From: Eledone cirrhosa
Taxonomy: Eukaryota
Reading direction: 5' to 3'
Assembly: GCA_964016885.1 (NCBI GenBank)
Contig: OZ024743.1
Span: 210,118,001 to 210,182,000 of the forward strand
Length of the DNA: 64,000 nt
Shown here: in pieces, positions 13,790-30,400 of the stretch
How positions within the stretch are numbered: position 1 is the stretch's first letter
Layout: each line of letters opens with the position of its first letter
The notes under the pieces: model-generated
Told to the model about the DNA's origin: nothing
The model's database searches: none
What the model saw: only the letters and a program-made list of their open reading frames with translations
Made by a program: the position numbers and the translations under genes

Positions 13790-16700
13790 TTTACCATCCT
13801 ATAGCCAGATGAAAGCTCTTCACTCCATAAGATATACCACAGTTTACCATCCTATAGCCACAGATGAAAGCTCTTCACTCCATAAGATATACCACAGTTT
13901 ACCACCCTATAGCCACAGATGAAAGCTCTTCACTCCATAAGATATACCACAGTTTACCATCCTATAGCCACAGATGAAAGCTCTTCACTCCATAAGATAT
14001 ACCACAGTTTAACATCCTATAGCAACAGATGAAAGCTCTTCACTCCATACGATATACTACAGTTTACCATCCTATAGCCACAGATGAAAGCTCTTCACTC
14101 CATAAGATATACCACAGTTTACCATCCTATAGCCACAGATGAAAGCTCTTCACCCCATAAGATATACCCCAGTTTACCATACTATAGCCACACATGAAAG
14201 CTCTTCACTCCATAAGATATACCACAGTTTACCATCCTATAGCCACAGATAAAAGCTCTTAACCCCATAAGATATACCACAGTTTACCATCCTATAGCCA
14301 CACATGAAAGCTCTTCACTCCATAAGATATACCACAGTTTATCATCCTATAGCCACACATGAAAGCTCTTCACTCCATAAGATATACCACAGTTTACCAT
14401 CCTATAGCCACACATGAAAGCTCTTCACTCCATAAGATATACCACAGTTTACCATCCTATAGCCACACATGAAAGCTCTTCACTCCATAAGATATACCAC
14501 AGTTTACCATCCTATAGCCACAGATGAAAGCTCTTCACCCCATAAGATATACCACAGTTTACCATCCTATAGCCACAGATGAAAGCTCTTCACCCCATGA
14601 GATATACCACAGTTTACAATCCTGTAGCCACACATGAAAGCTCTTCAATCCATAAGATATACCTCAGTTTACCATCCTATAGCCACAGATGAAAGCTCTT
14701 CACTCCATAAGATATACCACAGTTTACCATCCTATAGCCACACATGAAAGCTCTTCAATCCATAAGATATACCTCAGTTTACCATCCTATAGCCACAGAT
14801 GAAAGCTCTTCACTCCATAAGATATACCACAGTTTACCATCCTATAGCCACAGATGAAAGCTCATCACTCCATAAGATATACCACAGTTTACCATCCTAT
14901 GGCCACACATGAAAGCTCTTCACCCCATAAGATATACCTCAGTTTAGCATCCTATAGCCACAGATGAAAGCTCTTCACTCCATAAGATATACCACAGTTT
15001 ACCATCCTATAGCCACACATGAAAGTTCTTCACTCGATAAGATATACCACAGTTTCCCATCCTATAGCCACACATGAAAGCTCTTCACTCCATAAGATAT
15101 ACCACAGTTTACCATCCTATACCCAGATGAAAGCTCTTCACTCCATAAGATATACGACAGTTTACCATCCTATAGCCACAGATGAAAGCTCTTCACTCCA
15201 TGAGATATACCACAGTTTACCATCCTATAGCCACGCCACGGATGAAAGCTCTTCACTCCATAAGATATACCACAGTTTACAATCCTATAGCCACAGATGA
15301 AAGTTCTTCACTCCATAAGATATACCACAGTTTACCATCCTATGGCCACAGATGAAAGCTCTTCACTCCATAAGATATACCACAGTTTACCATCCTATAG
15401 CCACACATGAAAGCTCTTCACTCCATAAGATATACCACAGTTTACCATCCTATAGCCACACATGAAAGCTCTTCACTCCATAAGATATATCACACTTTAC
15501 CATCCTATAGTCAAGCCACGGATGAAAGCTCTTCACTCCATAAGATATACCACAGTTTACCATCCTATAGTCACACATGAAAGCTCTTCACTCCATAAGA
15601 TATAACACAGTTTACCATCCTATAGCCAGATGAAAGCTCTTCACTCCATAAGATATACCACAGTTTACCACCCTATAGCCACATATGAAAGCTCTTCACC
15701 CCATAAGATATACCACAGTTTACCATCCTATTGCCACACATGAAAGTTCTTCACTCGATAAGATATACCACAGTTTACCATCCTATAGCCACACATGAAA
15801 GTTCTTCACTCCATAAGATATACCACAGTTTACCATCCTATAGCAAGATGAAAGCTCTTCACTCCATAAGATATAAGACAGTTTTCCATCCTATAGCCAC
15901 ACATGAAAACTCTTCACTCCATAAGATATACCACAGTTTACCATCCTATAGCCAGATGAAAGCTCTTCACTCCATAAGATATACCACAGTTTACCATCCT
16001 ATAGCCACAGATGAAAGCTCTTCACTCCATAAGATATACCACAGTTTACCACCCTATAGCCACAGATGAAAGCTCTTCACTCCATAAGATATACCACAGT
16101 TTACCATCCTATAGCCACAGATGAAAGCTCTTCACTCCATAAGATATACCACAGTTTAACATCCTATAGCCACAGATGTAAGCTCTTCACTCCATAAGAT
16201 ATACCACAGTCTACCATCCTATAGCCACAGATGAAAGCTCTTCACTCCATAAGATATACCACAGTTTACCATCCTATAGCCACAGATGAAAGCTCTTCAC
16301 CCCATAAGATATACCCCAGTTTACCATACTATAGCCACACATGAAAGCTCTTCACTCCATAAGATATACCACAGTTTACCATCCTATAGCCACAGATGAA
16401 AGCTCTTCACCCCAAAAGATATACCACAGTTTACCATCCTATAGCCACAGATGAAAGCTCTTCACCCCATGAGATATACCACAGTTTACCATCCTATAGC
16501 CACACATGAAAGCTCTTCACTCCATAAGATATACCACAGTTTACCATCCTATAGCCACACATGAAAGCTCTTCACTCCATAAGATATACCACAGTTTACC
16601 ATCCTATAGCCACACATGAAAGCTCTTCACGCCATAAGATATACCTCAGTTTACCATCCTATAGCCACAGATGAAAGCTCTTCACTCCATAAGATATACC

Positions 16701-19700
16701 ACAGTTTACCATCCTATAGCCACAGATGAAAGCTCTTCACTACATAAGATATACCACAGTTTACAATGCTATAGCCACAGATGAAAGCTGTTCACTCCAT
16801 AAGATATACGACAGTTTACCATCCTATAGCCACAGATGAAAGCTGTTCACTCCATAAGATATACGACAGTTTACCATCCTATAGCCATATGAAAGCTCTT
16901 CACTCCATAAGATATACCACAGTTTACCATCCTATAGCCACAGATGAAAGCTGTTCACTCCATAAGATATACCACAGTTTACCATCCTATAGCCAGATGA
17001 AAGCTCTTAACTCCATAAGATATACCACAGTTTACCATCCTATAGCCAGATGAAAGCTCTTCACTCCATCAGATATACCACAGTTTACCATCCTATAGCC
17101 ACAGATGAAAGCTCTTCACTCCATAAGATATACCACAGTTTACCATCCTATAGCCACAGAGGAAAGCTCTTCACTACATAAGATATACCACAGTTTACCA
17201 TCCTATAGCCACAGATGAAAGCTCTTCACCCCATAAGATACACCACAGTTTACCATCCTATAGCCACACATGAAAGCTCTTCACTCCATAAGATATGCCA
17301 CAGTCTACCATTCTATAGCCACAGATGAAAGCTCTTCACCCCATAAGATATACCACAGTTTACCATCCTATAGCCACACATGAAAGCTCTTCACCTCATA
17401 AGATATACCACAGTTTACCATCCTATTGCCACACATAAAAGTTCTTCACTCGATAAGATATACCACACTTTACCATCCTATAGCCACACATGAAAGCTCT
17501 TCACTCCATAAGATATACCACAGTTTACCATCCTATAGCAAGATGAAAGCTCTTCACTCCATAAAATATACGACAGTTTACCATCCTATAGCCACACATG
17601 AAAACTCTTCAATCCATAAGATATACCACAGTTTACCATCCTATAGCCAGATGAAAGCTCTTCACTCCATAAGATATACCACAGTTTACCATCCTATAGC
17701 CACAGATGAAAGCTCTTCACTCCATAAGATATACCACAGTTTACCACCCTATAGCCACAGATGAAAGCTCTTCACTCCATAAGATATACCACAGTTTACC
17801 ATCCTATAGCCACAGATGAAAGCTCTTCACTCCATAAGATATACCACAGTTTAACATCCTATAGCAACAGATGAAAGCTCTTCACTCCATACGATATACT
17901 ACAGTTTACCATCCTATAGCCACAGATGAAAGCTCTTCACTCCATAAGATATACCACAGTTTACCATCCTATAGCCACAGATGAAAGCTCTTCACCCCAT
18001 AAGATATACCCCAGTTTACCATACTATAGCCACACATGAAAGCTCTTCACTCCATAAGATATACCACAGTTTACCATCCTATAGCCACAGATAAAAGCTC
18101 TTAACCCCATAAGATATACCACAGTTTACCATCCTATAGCCACACATGAAAGCTCTTCACTCCATAAGATATACCACAGTTTACCATCCTATAGCCACAC
18201 ATGAAAGCTCTTCACTCCATAAGATATACCACAGTTTACCATCCTATAGCCACACATGAAAGCTCTTCACTCCATAAGATATACCACAGTTTACCATCCT
18301 ATAGCCACACATGAAAGCTCTTCACTCCATAAGATATACCACAGTTTACCATCCTATAGCCACAGATGAAAGCTCTTCACCCCATAAGATATACCACAGT
18401 TTACCATCCTATAGCCACAGATGAAAGCTCTTCACCCCATGAGATATACCACAGTTTACAATCCTGTAGCCACACATGAAAGCTCTTCAATCCATAAGAT
18501 ATACCTCAGTTTACCATCCTATAGCCACAGATGAAAGCTCTTCACTCCATAAGATATACCACAGTTTACCATCCTATAGCCACACATGAAAGCTCTTCAA
18601 TCCATAAGATATACCTCAGTTTACCATCCTATAGCCACAGATGAAAGCTCTTCACTCCATAAGATATACCACAGTTTACCATCCTATAGCCACAGATGAA
18701 AGCTCATCACTCCATAAGATATACCACAGTTTACCATCCTATGGCCACACATGAAAGCTCTTCACCCCATAAGATATACCTCAGTTTAGCATCCTATAGC
18801 CACAGATGAAAGCTCTTCACTCCATAAGATATACCACAGTTTACCATCCTATAGCCACACATGAAAGTTCTTCACTCGATAAGATATACCACAGTTTCCC
18901 ATCCTATAGCCACACATGAAAGCTCTTCACTCCATAAGATATACCACAGTTTACCATCCTATACCCAGATGAAAGCTCTTCACTCCATAAGATATACGAC
19001 AGTTTACCATCCTATAGCCACAGATGAAAGCTCTTCACTCCATGAGATATACCACAGTTTACCATCCTATAGCCACGCCACGGATGAAAGCTCTTCACTC
19101 CATAAGATATACCACAGTTTACAATCCTATAGCCACAGATGAAAGTTCTTCACTCCATAAGATATACCACAGTTTACCATCCTATGGCCACAGATGAAAG
19201 CTCTTCACTCCATAAGATATACCACAGTTTACCATCCTATAGCCACACATGAAAGCTCTTCACTCCATAAGATATACCACAGTTTACCATCCTATAGCCA
19301 CACATGAAAGCTCTTCACTCCATAAGATATATCACACTTTACCATCCTATAGTCAAGCCACGGATGAAAGCTCTTCACTCCATAAGATATACCACAGTTT
19401 ACCATCCTATAGTCACACATGAAAGCTCTTCACTCCATAAGATATAACACAGTTTACCATCCTATAGCCAGATGAAAGCTCTTCACTCCATAAGATATAC
19501 CACAGTTTACCACCCTATAGCCACATATGAAAGCTCTTCACCCCATAAGATATACCACAGTTTACCATCCTATTGCCACACATGAAAGTTCTTCACTCGA
19601 TAAGATATACCACAGTTTACCATCCTATAGCCACACATGAAAGTTCTTCACTCCATAAGATATACCACAGTTTACCATCCTATAGCAAGATGAAAGCTCT

Positions 19701-21475
19701 TCACTCCATAAGATATAAGACAGTTTTCCATCCTATAGCCACACATGAAAACTCTTCACTCCATAAGATATACCACAGTTTACCATCCTATAGCCAGATG
19801 AAAGCTCTTCACTCCATAAGATATACCACAGTTTACCATCCTATAGCCACAGATGAAAGCTCTTCACTCCATAAGATATACCACAGTTTACCACCCTATA
19901 GCCACAGATGAAAGCTCTTCACTCCATAAGATATACCACAGTTTACCATCCTATAGCCACAGATGAAAGCTCTTCACTCCATAAGATATACCACAGTTTA
20001 ACATCCTATAGCCACAGATGTAAGCTCTTCACTCCATAAGATATACCACAGTTTACCATCCTATAGCCACAGATGAAAGCTCTTCACTCCATAAGATATA
20101 CCACAGTTTACCATCCTATAGCCACAGATGAAAGCTCTTCACCCCATAAGATATACCCCAGTTTACCATACTATAGCCACACATGAAAGCTCTTCACTCC
20201 ATAAGATATACCACAGTTTACCATCCTATAGCCACAGATGAAAGCTCTTCACCCCATAAGATATACCACAGTTTACCATCCTATAGCCACAGATGAAAGC
20301 TCTTCACCCCATGAGATATACCACAGTTTACCATCCTATAGCCACACATGAAAGCTCTTCACTCCATAAGATATACCACAGTTTACCATCCTATAGCCAC
20401 ACATGAAAGCTCTTCACTCCATAAGATATACCACAGTTTACCATCCTATAGCCACACATGAAAGCTCTTCACGCCATAAGATATACCTCAGTTTACCATC
20501 CTATAGCCACAGATGAAAGCTCTTCACTCCATAAGATATACCACAGTTTACCATCCTATAGCCACAGATGAAAGCTCTTCACTACATAAGATATACCACA
20601 GTTTACAATGCTATAGCCACAGATGAAAGCTGTTCACTCCATAAGATATACGACAGTTTACCATCCTATAGCCACAGATGAAAGCTGTTCACTCCATAAG
20701 ATATACGACAGTTTACCATCCTATAGCCATATGAAAGCTCTTCACTCCATAAGATATACCACAGTTTACCATCCTATAGCAACAGATGAAAGCTGTTCAC
20801 TCCATAAGATATACCACAGTTTACCATCCTATAGCCAGATGAAAGCTCTTAACTCCATAAGATATACCACAGTTTACCATCCTATAGCCAGATGAAAGCT
20901 CTTCACTCCATAAGATATACCACAGTTTACCATCCTATAGCCACAGATGAAAGCTCTTCACTCCATAAGATATACCACAGTTTACCATCCTATAGCCACA
21001 GAGGAAAGCTCTTCACTACATAAGATATACCACAGTTTACCATCCTATAGCCACAGATGAAAGCTCTTCACCCCATAAGATACACCACAGTTTACCATCC
21101 TATAGCCACACATGAAAGCTCTTCACTCCATAAGATATGCCACAGTCTACCATTCTATAGCCACAGATGAAAGCTCTTCACCCCATAAGATATACCACAG
21201 TTTACCATCCTATAGCCACACATGAAAGCTCTTCACCTCATAAGATATACCACAGTTTACCATCCTATTGCCACACATAAAAGTTCTTCACTCGATAAGA
21301 TATACCACACTTTACCATCCTATAGCCACACATGAAAGCTCTTCACTCCATAAGATATACCACAGTTTACCATCCTATAGCAAGATGAAAGCTCTTCACT
21401 CCATAAAATATACGACAGTTTACCATCCTATAGCCACACATGAAAACTCTTCAATCCATAAGATATACCACAGTT
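13790..21475. repeat. Higher-order tandem duplication, period 3842 bp (about 70 monomers)
   Basis: ORF starts are offset by 3842 (15019/18861, 15731/19573, 16781/20623, 17426/21268). Shared rare variants include CCATACGATATACTAC, GATGTAAGC, TATATCACACTT and GATATGCCACAGTCT. Confidence 0.93.
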
Positions 21476-24400
21476 TACCATCCTATAGCCACAGATGAAA
21501 GCTCTTCACTCCATAAGATATACCACAGTTTACCATCCTATAGCCACAGATGAAAGCTCTTCACCCCATAAGATACACCACAGTTTACCATCCTATAGCC
21601 ACACATGAAAGCTCTTCACTCCATAAGATATACCACAGTTTACCATCCTATAGCCACACAGGAAAGCTCTTCACTCCATAAGATATACCACAGTTTACCA
21701 TTCTATAGCCACAGATGAAAGCTCTTCACCCCATAAGATATACCACAGTTTACCATCCTATAGCCACACATGAAAGTTCTTCACTCAATAAGATATACCA
21801 CAGTTTACCATCCTATAGCCACACATGAAAGCTCTTCACTCCATAAGATACACCACAGTTTACCATCCTATAGCCACACATGAAAACTCTTCAATCCATA
21901 AGATATACCTCAGTTTACCATCTTATAGCCACAGATGAAAGCTCTTCACTCCATGAGATATACCACGGTTTACCATCCTATAGCCACACATGAAAGCTCT
22001 TCACGCCATAAGATATACCTCAGTTTACCATCCTATATCCACAGATGAAAGCTCTTCACTCCATAAGACATACCACAGTTTACCATCCTATAGCCACACA
22101 TGAGAGCTCTTCACTCCATAAGATATACCACAGTTTACCATCCTATAGCCACAGATGAAAGCTCTTCACTCCATAAGATATACCACAGTTTACCATCCTA
22201 TAGCCACACATGAGAGCTCTTAACCCCATAAGATATACCTCAGTTTACCATCCTATAGGCACAGATGAAAGCTCTTCACTCCATAAGATATACCACAGTT
22301 TACCATCCTATAGCCACACATGAGAGCTCCTCATTCCATAAGATATACCACAGTTTACCATCCTATAGCCACACATGAAAGCTCTTCACTCCATAAGATA
22401 TACCACAGTTTACCATCCTATGGCCACACATGAAAGCTCTTCACCCCATAAGATATACCACAGTTTACCATCCTATAGCCACACATGAAAGCTCTTCACT
22501 CCATAAGATATACCACAGTTTACCATCCTATAGCCAGATGAAAGCTCTTCACTCCATAAGATATACCACAGTTTACCATCCTATAGCCATACATGAAAGC
22601 TCTTCACTCCATAAGATATACCACAGTTTACATTCCTATAGCCACACATGAAAGTTCTTCACTCGATAAGATATACCACAGTTTACCATCCTATAGCCAC
22701 ACATGAAAGCTCTTCACTCCATAAGATATACCACAGTTTACCATCCTATAGCCAGATGAAAGCTCTTCACTCCATAAGATATACAACAGTTTACCATCCT
22801 ATAGCCACACATGAAAGCTCTTCAATCCATAAGATATACCCCAGTTTACCATCCTATAGCCAGATGAAAGCTCTTCACTCCATAAGATATACCACAGTTT
22901 ACCACCCTATAGCCACAGATGAAAGCTCTTCACTCCATGAGATATACCACAGTTTACCATCCTATAGCCACGCCACGGATGAAAGCTCTTCACTCCATAA
23001 GATATACCACAGTTTACAATCCTATAGCCACAGATGAAAGCTCTTCACTCCATAAGATATACCACAGTTTACTATCCTATAGCCACAGATGAAAGCTCTT
23101 CACTCGATAAGATATACCACAGTTTACCATCCTATAGCCACACATGAAAGCTCTTCACTCCATAAGATATACCACAGTTTACCATCCTATAGCCACACAT
23201 GAAAGCTCTTCACTCCATAAGATATACCACAGTTTACCATCCTATAGCCACACATGAAAGCTCTTCACGCCATAAGATATACCTCAGTTTACCATCCTAT
23301 AGCCACAGAAGAAAGCTCTTCACTCCATAAGATATACCACAGTTTACCATCCTATAGCCACAGATGGAAGCTCTTCACTCCATAAGATATACCACAGTTT
23401 ACAATGCTATAGCCACAGATGAAAGCTGTTCACTCCATAAGATATACGACAGTTTACCATCCTATAGCCACAGATGAAAGCTGTTCACTCCATAAGATAT
23501 ACGACAGTTTACCATCCTATAGCCAGATGAAAGCTCTTCACTCCATAAGATATACCACAGTTTACCATCCTATAGCCACAGATGAAAGCTGTTCACTCCA
23601 TAAGATATACGACAGTTTACCATCCTATAGGCAAATGAAAGCTCTTCACTCCATAAGATATACCACAGTTAACCATCCTATAGCCAGATGAAAGCTCTTC
23701 ACTCCATAAGATATACCACAGTTTACCATACTATAGCCACAGATGAAAGCTCTTCACTCCATAAGATATACCACAGTTTACCACCCTATAGCCACAGATG
23801 AAAGCTCTTCACTCCATAAGATATACCACAGTTTACCATCCTATAGCCACAGATGAAAGCTCTTCACTCCATAAGATATACCACAGTTTATCATCCTATA
23901 GCCACAGATGAAAGCTCTTCACTCCATAAGATATACCACAGTTTACCATCCTATAGCCACAGATGAAAGCTCTTCACCCCATAAGATACACCACAGTTTA
24001 CCATCCTATAGCCACACATGAAAGCTCTTCACTCCATAAGATATACCACAGTTTACCATCCTATAGCCACACAGGAAAGCTCTTCACTCCATAAGATATA
24101 CCACAGTTTACCATTCTATAGCCACAGATGAAAGCTCTTCACCCCATAAGATATACCACAGTTTACCATCCTATAGCCACACATGAAAGCTCTTCACCCC
24201 ATAAGATATACCACAGTTTACCATCCTATTGCCACACATGAAAGCTCTTCACTCGATAAGATATACCACAGTTTACCATCCTATAGCCACACATGAAAGC
24301 TCTTCACTCCATAAGATATACCACAGTTTACCATCCTATAGCAAGATGAAAGCTCTTCACTCCATAAGATATACGACAGTTTACCATCCTATAGCCACAC

Positions 24401-27400
24401 ATGAAAACTCTTCAATCCATAAGATATACCACAGTTTACCATCCTATAGCCACAGATGAAAGCTCTTCACTCCATAAGTTATACCACAGTTTACCATCCT
24501 ATAGCCACAGATGAAAGCTCTTCGCCCCATAAGATACACCACAGTTTACCATCCTATAGCCACACATGAAAGCTCTTCACTCCATAAGATATACCACAAT
24601 TTACCATCCTATAACCACACAGGAAAGCTCTTCACTCCATAAGATATACCACAGTTTACCATTCTATAGCCACAGATGAAAGCTCTTCACCCCATAAGAT
24701 ATACCACAGTTTACCATCCTATAGCCACACATGAAAGTTCTTCACTCGATAAGATATACCACAGTTTACCATCCTATAGCCACACATGAAAGCTCTTCAC
24801 TCCATAAGATATACCACAGTTTACCATCCTATAGCAAGATGAAAGCTCTTCACTCCATAAGATATACGACAGTTTACCATCCTATAGCGACACATGAAAA
24901 CTCTTCAATCCATAAGATATACCTCAGTTTACCATCTTATAGCCACAGATGAAAGCTCTTCACTTCATGAGATATACCACGGTTTACCATTCTATAGCCA
25001 CACATGAAAGCTCTTCACGCCATAAGATATACCTCAGTTTACCATCCTATATCCACAGATGAAAGCTCTTCACTCCATAAGATATACCACAGTTTACAAT
25101 GCTATAGCCACAGATGAAAGCTGTTCACTCCATAAGATATACCACAGTTTACCATCCTATAGCCACACATGAAAGTTCTTCACTCGATAAGATATACCAC
25201 AGTTTCCCATCCTATAGCCACACATGAAAGCTCTTCACTCCATAAGATATACCACAGTTTACCATCCTATACCCAGATGAAAGCTCTTCACTCCATAAGA
25301 TATACGACAGTTTACCATCCTATAGCCACAGATGAAAGCTCTTCACTCCATGAGATATACCACAGTTTACCATCCTATAGCCACGCCACGGATGAAAGCT
25401 CTTCACTCCATAAGATATACCACAGTTTACAATCCTATAGCCACACATGAAAGCTCTTCACTCCATAAGATATACCACAGTTTACCATCCTATGGCCACA
25501 GATGAAAGCTCTTCACTCCATAAGATATACCACAGTTTACCATCCTATAGCCACACATGAAAGCTCTTCACTCCATAAGATATACCACAGTTTACCATCC
25601 TATAGCCACACATGAAAGCTCTTCACTCCATAAGATATATCACACTTTACCATCCTATAGTCAAGCCACGGATGAAAGCTCTTCACTCCATAAGATATAC
25701 CACAGTTTACCATCCTATAGTCACACATGAAAGCTCTTCACTCCATAAGATATAACACAGTTTACCATCCTATAGCCAGATGAAAGCTCTTCACTCCATA
25801 AGATATACCACAGTTTACCACACTATAGCCACATATGAAAGCTCTTCACCCCATAAGATATACCACAGTTTACCATCCTATTGCCACACATGAAAGTTCT
25901 TCACTCGATAAGATATACCACAGTTTACCATCCTATAGCCACACATGAAAGTTCTTCACTCCATAAGATATACCACAGTTTACCATCCTATAGCAAGATG
26001 AAAGCTCTTCACTCCATAAGATATAAGACAGTTTTCCATCCTATAGCCACACATGAAAACTCTTCACTCCATAAGATATACCACAGTTTACCATCCTATA
26101 GCCAGATGAAAGCTCTTCACTCCATAAGATATACCACAGTTTACCATCCTATAGCCACAGATGAAAGCTCTTCACTCCATAAGATATACCACAGTTTACC
26201 ACCCTATAGCCACAGATGAAAGCTCTTCACTCCATAAGATATACCACAGTTTACCATCCTATAGCCACAGATGAAAGCTCTTCACTCCATAAGATATACC
26301 ACAGTTTACCATCCTATAGCCACAGATGAAAGCTCTTCACCCCATAAGATATACCCCAGTTTACCATACTATAGCCACACATGAAAGCTCTTCACTCCAT
26401 AAGATATACCACAGTTTACCATCCTATAGCCACAGATGAAAGCTCTTCACCCCATAAGATATACCACAGTTTACCATCCTATAACTACAGATGAAAGCTC
26501 TTCACCCCATGAGATATACCACAGTTTACCATCCTATAGCCACACATGAAAGCTCTTCACTCCATAAGATATACCACAGTTTACCATCCTATAGCCACAC
26601 ATGAAAGCTCTTCACTCCATAAGATATACCACAGTTTACCATCCTATAGCCACACATGAAAGCTCTTCACGCCATAAGATATACCTCAGTTTACCATCCT
26701 ATAGCCACAGATGAAAGCTCTTCACTCCATAAGATATACCACAGTTTACCATCCTATAGCCACAGATGAAAGCTCTTCACTACATAAGATATACCACAGT
26801 TTACAATGCTATAGCCACAGATGAAAGCTGTTCACTCCATAAGATATACGACAGTTTACCATCCTATAGCCACAGATGAAAGCTGTTCACTCCATAAGAT
26901 ATACGACAGTTTACCATCCTATAGCCATATGAAAGCTCTTCACTCCATAAGATATACCACAGTTTACCATCCTATAGCCACAGATGAAAGCTGTTCACTC
27001 CATAAGATATACCACAGTTTACCATCCTATAGCCAGATGAAAGCTCTTAACTCCATAAGATATACCACAGTTTACCATCCTATAGCCAGATGAAAGCTCT
27101 TCACTCCATAAGATATACCACAGTTTACCATCCTATAGCCACAGATGAAAGCTCTTCACTCCATAAGATATACCACAGTTTACCATCCTATAGCCACAGA
27201 GGAAAGCTCTTCACTACATAAGATATACCACAGTTTACCATCCTATAGCCACAGATGAAAGCTCTTCACCCCATAAGATACACCACAGTTTACCATCCTA
27301 TAGCCACACATGAAAGCTCTTCACTCCATAAGATATGCCACAGTTTACCATTCTATAGCCACAGATGAAAGCTCTTCACCCCATAAGATATACCACAGTT

Positions 27401-30400
27401 TACCATCCTATAGCCACACATGAAAGCTCTTCACCTCATAAGATATACCACAGTTTACCATCCTATTGCTACACATAAAAGTTCTTCACTCGATAAGATA
27501 TACCACACTTTACCATCCTATAGCCACACATGAAAGCTCTTCACTCCATAAGATATACCACAGTTTACCATCCTATAGCAAGATGAAAGCTCTTCACTCC
27601 ATAAAATATACGACAGTTTACCATCCTATAGCCACACATGAAAACTCTTCAATCCATAAGATATACCACAGTTTACCATCCTATAGCCACAGATGAAAGC
27701 TCTTCACTCCATAAGATATACCACAGTTTACCATCCTATAGCCACAGATGAAAGCTCTTCACCCCATAAGATACACCACAGTTTACCATCCTATAGCCAC
27801 ACATGAAAGCTCTTCACTCCATAAGATATACCACAGTTTACCATCCTATAGCCACACAGGAAAGCTCTTCACTCCATAAGATATACCACAGTTTACCATT
27901 CTATAGCCACAGATGAAAGCTCTTCACCACATAAGATATACCACAGTTTACCATCCTATAGCCACACATGAAAGTTCTTCACTCAATAAGATATACCACA
28001 GTTTACCATCCTATAGCCACACATGAAAGCTCTTCACTCCATAAGATACACCACAGTTTACCATCCTATAGCCACACATGAAAACTCTTCAATCCATAAG
28101 ATATACCTCAGTTTACCATCTTATAGCCACAGATGAAAGCTCTTCACTCCATGAGATATACCACGGTTTACCATCCTATAGCCACACATGAAAGCTCTTC
28201 ACGCCATAAGATATACCTCAGTTTACCATCCTATATCCACAGATGAAAGCTCTTCACTCCATAAGATATACCACAGTTTACCATCCTATAGCCACACATG
28301 AGAGCTCTTCACTCCATAAGATATACCACAGTTTACCATCCTATAGCCACAGATGAAAGCTCTTCACTCCATAAGATATACCACAGTTTACCATCCTATA
28401 GCCACACATGAGAGCTCTTAACCCCATAAGATATACCTCAGTTTACCATCCTATAGCCACAGATGAAAGCTCTTCACTCCATAAGATATACCACAGTTTA
28501 CCATCCTATAGCCACACATGAGAGCTCCTCATTCCATAAGATATACCACAGTTTACCATCCTATAGCCACACATGAAAGCTCTTCACTCCATAAGATATA
28601 CCACAGTTTACCATCCTATGGCCACACATGAAAGCTCTTCACCCCATAAGATATACCACAGTTTACCATCCTATAGCCACACATGAAAGCTCTTCACTCC
28701 ATAAGATATACCACAGTTTACCATCCTATAGCCAGATGAAAGCTCTTCACTCCATAAGATATACCACAGTTTACCATCCTATAGCCATACATGAAAGCTC
28801 TTCACTCCATAAGATATACCACAGTTTACATTCCTATAGCCACACATGAAAGTTCTTCACTCGATAAGATATACCACAGTTTACCATCCTATAGCCACAC
28901 ATGAAAGCTCTTCACTCCATAAGATATACCACAGTTTACCATCCTATAGCCAGATGAAAGCTCTTCACTCCATAAGATATACGACAGTTTACCATCCTAT
29001 AGCCACACATGAAAGCTCTTCAATCCATAAGATATACCCCAGTTTACCATCCTATAGCCAGATGAAAGCTCTTCACTCCATAAGATATACCACAGTTTAC
29101 CACCCTATAGCCACAGATGAAAGCTCTTCACTCCATGAGATATACCACAGTTTACCATCCTATAGCCACGCCACGGATGAAAGCTCTTCACTCCATAAGA
29201 TATACCACAGTTTACAATCCTATAGCCACAGATGAAAGCTCTTCACTCCATAAGATATACCACAGTTTACTATCCTATAGCCACAGATGAAAGCTCTTCA
29301 CTCGATAAGATATACCACAGTTTACCATCCTATAGCCACACATGAAAGCTCTTCACTCCATAAGATATACCACAGTTTACCATCCTATAGCCACACATGA
29401 AAGCTCTTCACTCCATAAGATATACCACAGTTTACCATCCTATAGCCACACAGGAAAGCTCTTCACTCCATAAGATATACCACAGTTTACCATTCTATAG
29501 CCACAGATGAAAGCTCTTCACCACATAAGATATACCACAGTTTACCATCCTATAGCCACACATGAAAGTTCTTCACTCAATAAGATATACCACAGTTTAC
29601 CATCCTATAGCCACACATGAAAGCTCTTCACTCCATAAGATACACCACAGTTTACCATCCTATAGCCACACATGAAAACTCTTCAATCCATAAGATATAC
29701 CTCAGTTTACCATCTTATAGCCACAGATGAAAGCTCTTCACTCCATGAGATATACCACGGTTTACCATCCTATAGCCACACATGAAAGCTCTTCACGCCA
29801 TAAGATATACCTCAGTTTACCATCCTATATCCACAGATGAAAGCTCTTCACTCCATAAGATATACCACAGTTTACCATCCTATAGCCACACATGAGAGCT
29901 CTTCACTCCATAAGATATACCACAGTTTACCATCCTATAGCCACAGATGAAAGCTCTTCACTCCATAAGATATACCACAGTTTACCATCCTATAGCCACA
30001 CATGAGAGCTCTTAACCCCATAAGATATACCTCAGTTTACCATCCTATAGCCACAGATGAAAGCTCTTCACTCCATAAGATATACCACAGTTTACCATCC
30101 TATAGCCACACATGAGAGCTCCTCATTCCATAAGATATACCACAGTTTACCATCCTATAGCCACACATGAAAGCTCTTCACTCCATAAGATATACCACAG
30201 TTTACCATCCTATGGCCACACATGAAAGCTCTTCACCCCATAAGATATACCACAGTTTACCATCCTATAGCCACACATGAAAGCTCTTCACTCCATAAGA
30301 TATACCACAGTTTACCATCCTATAGCCAGATGAAAGCTCTTCACTCCATAAGATATACCACAGTTTACCATCCTATAGCCATACATGAAAGCTCTTCACT

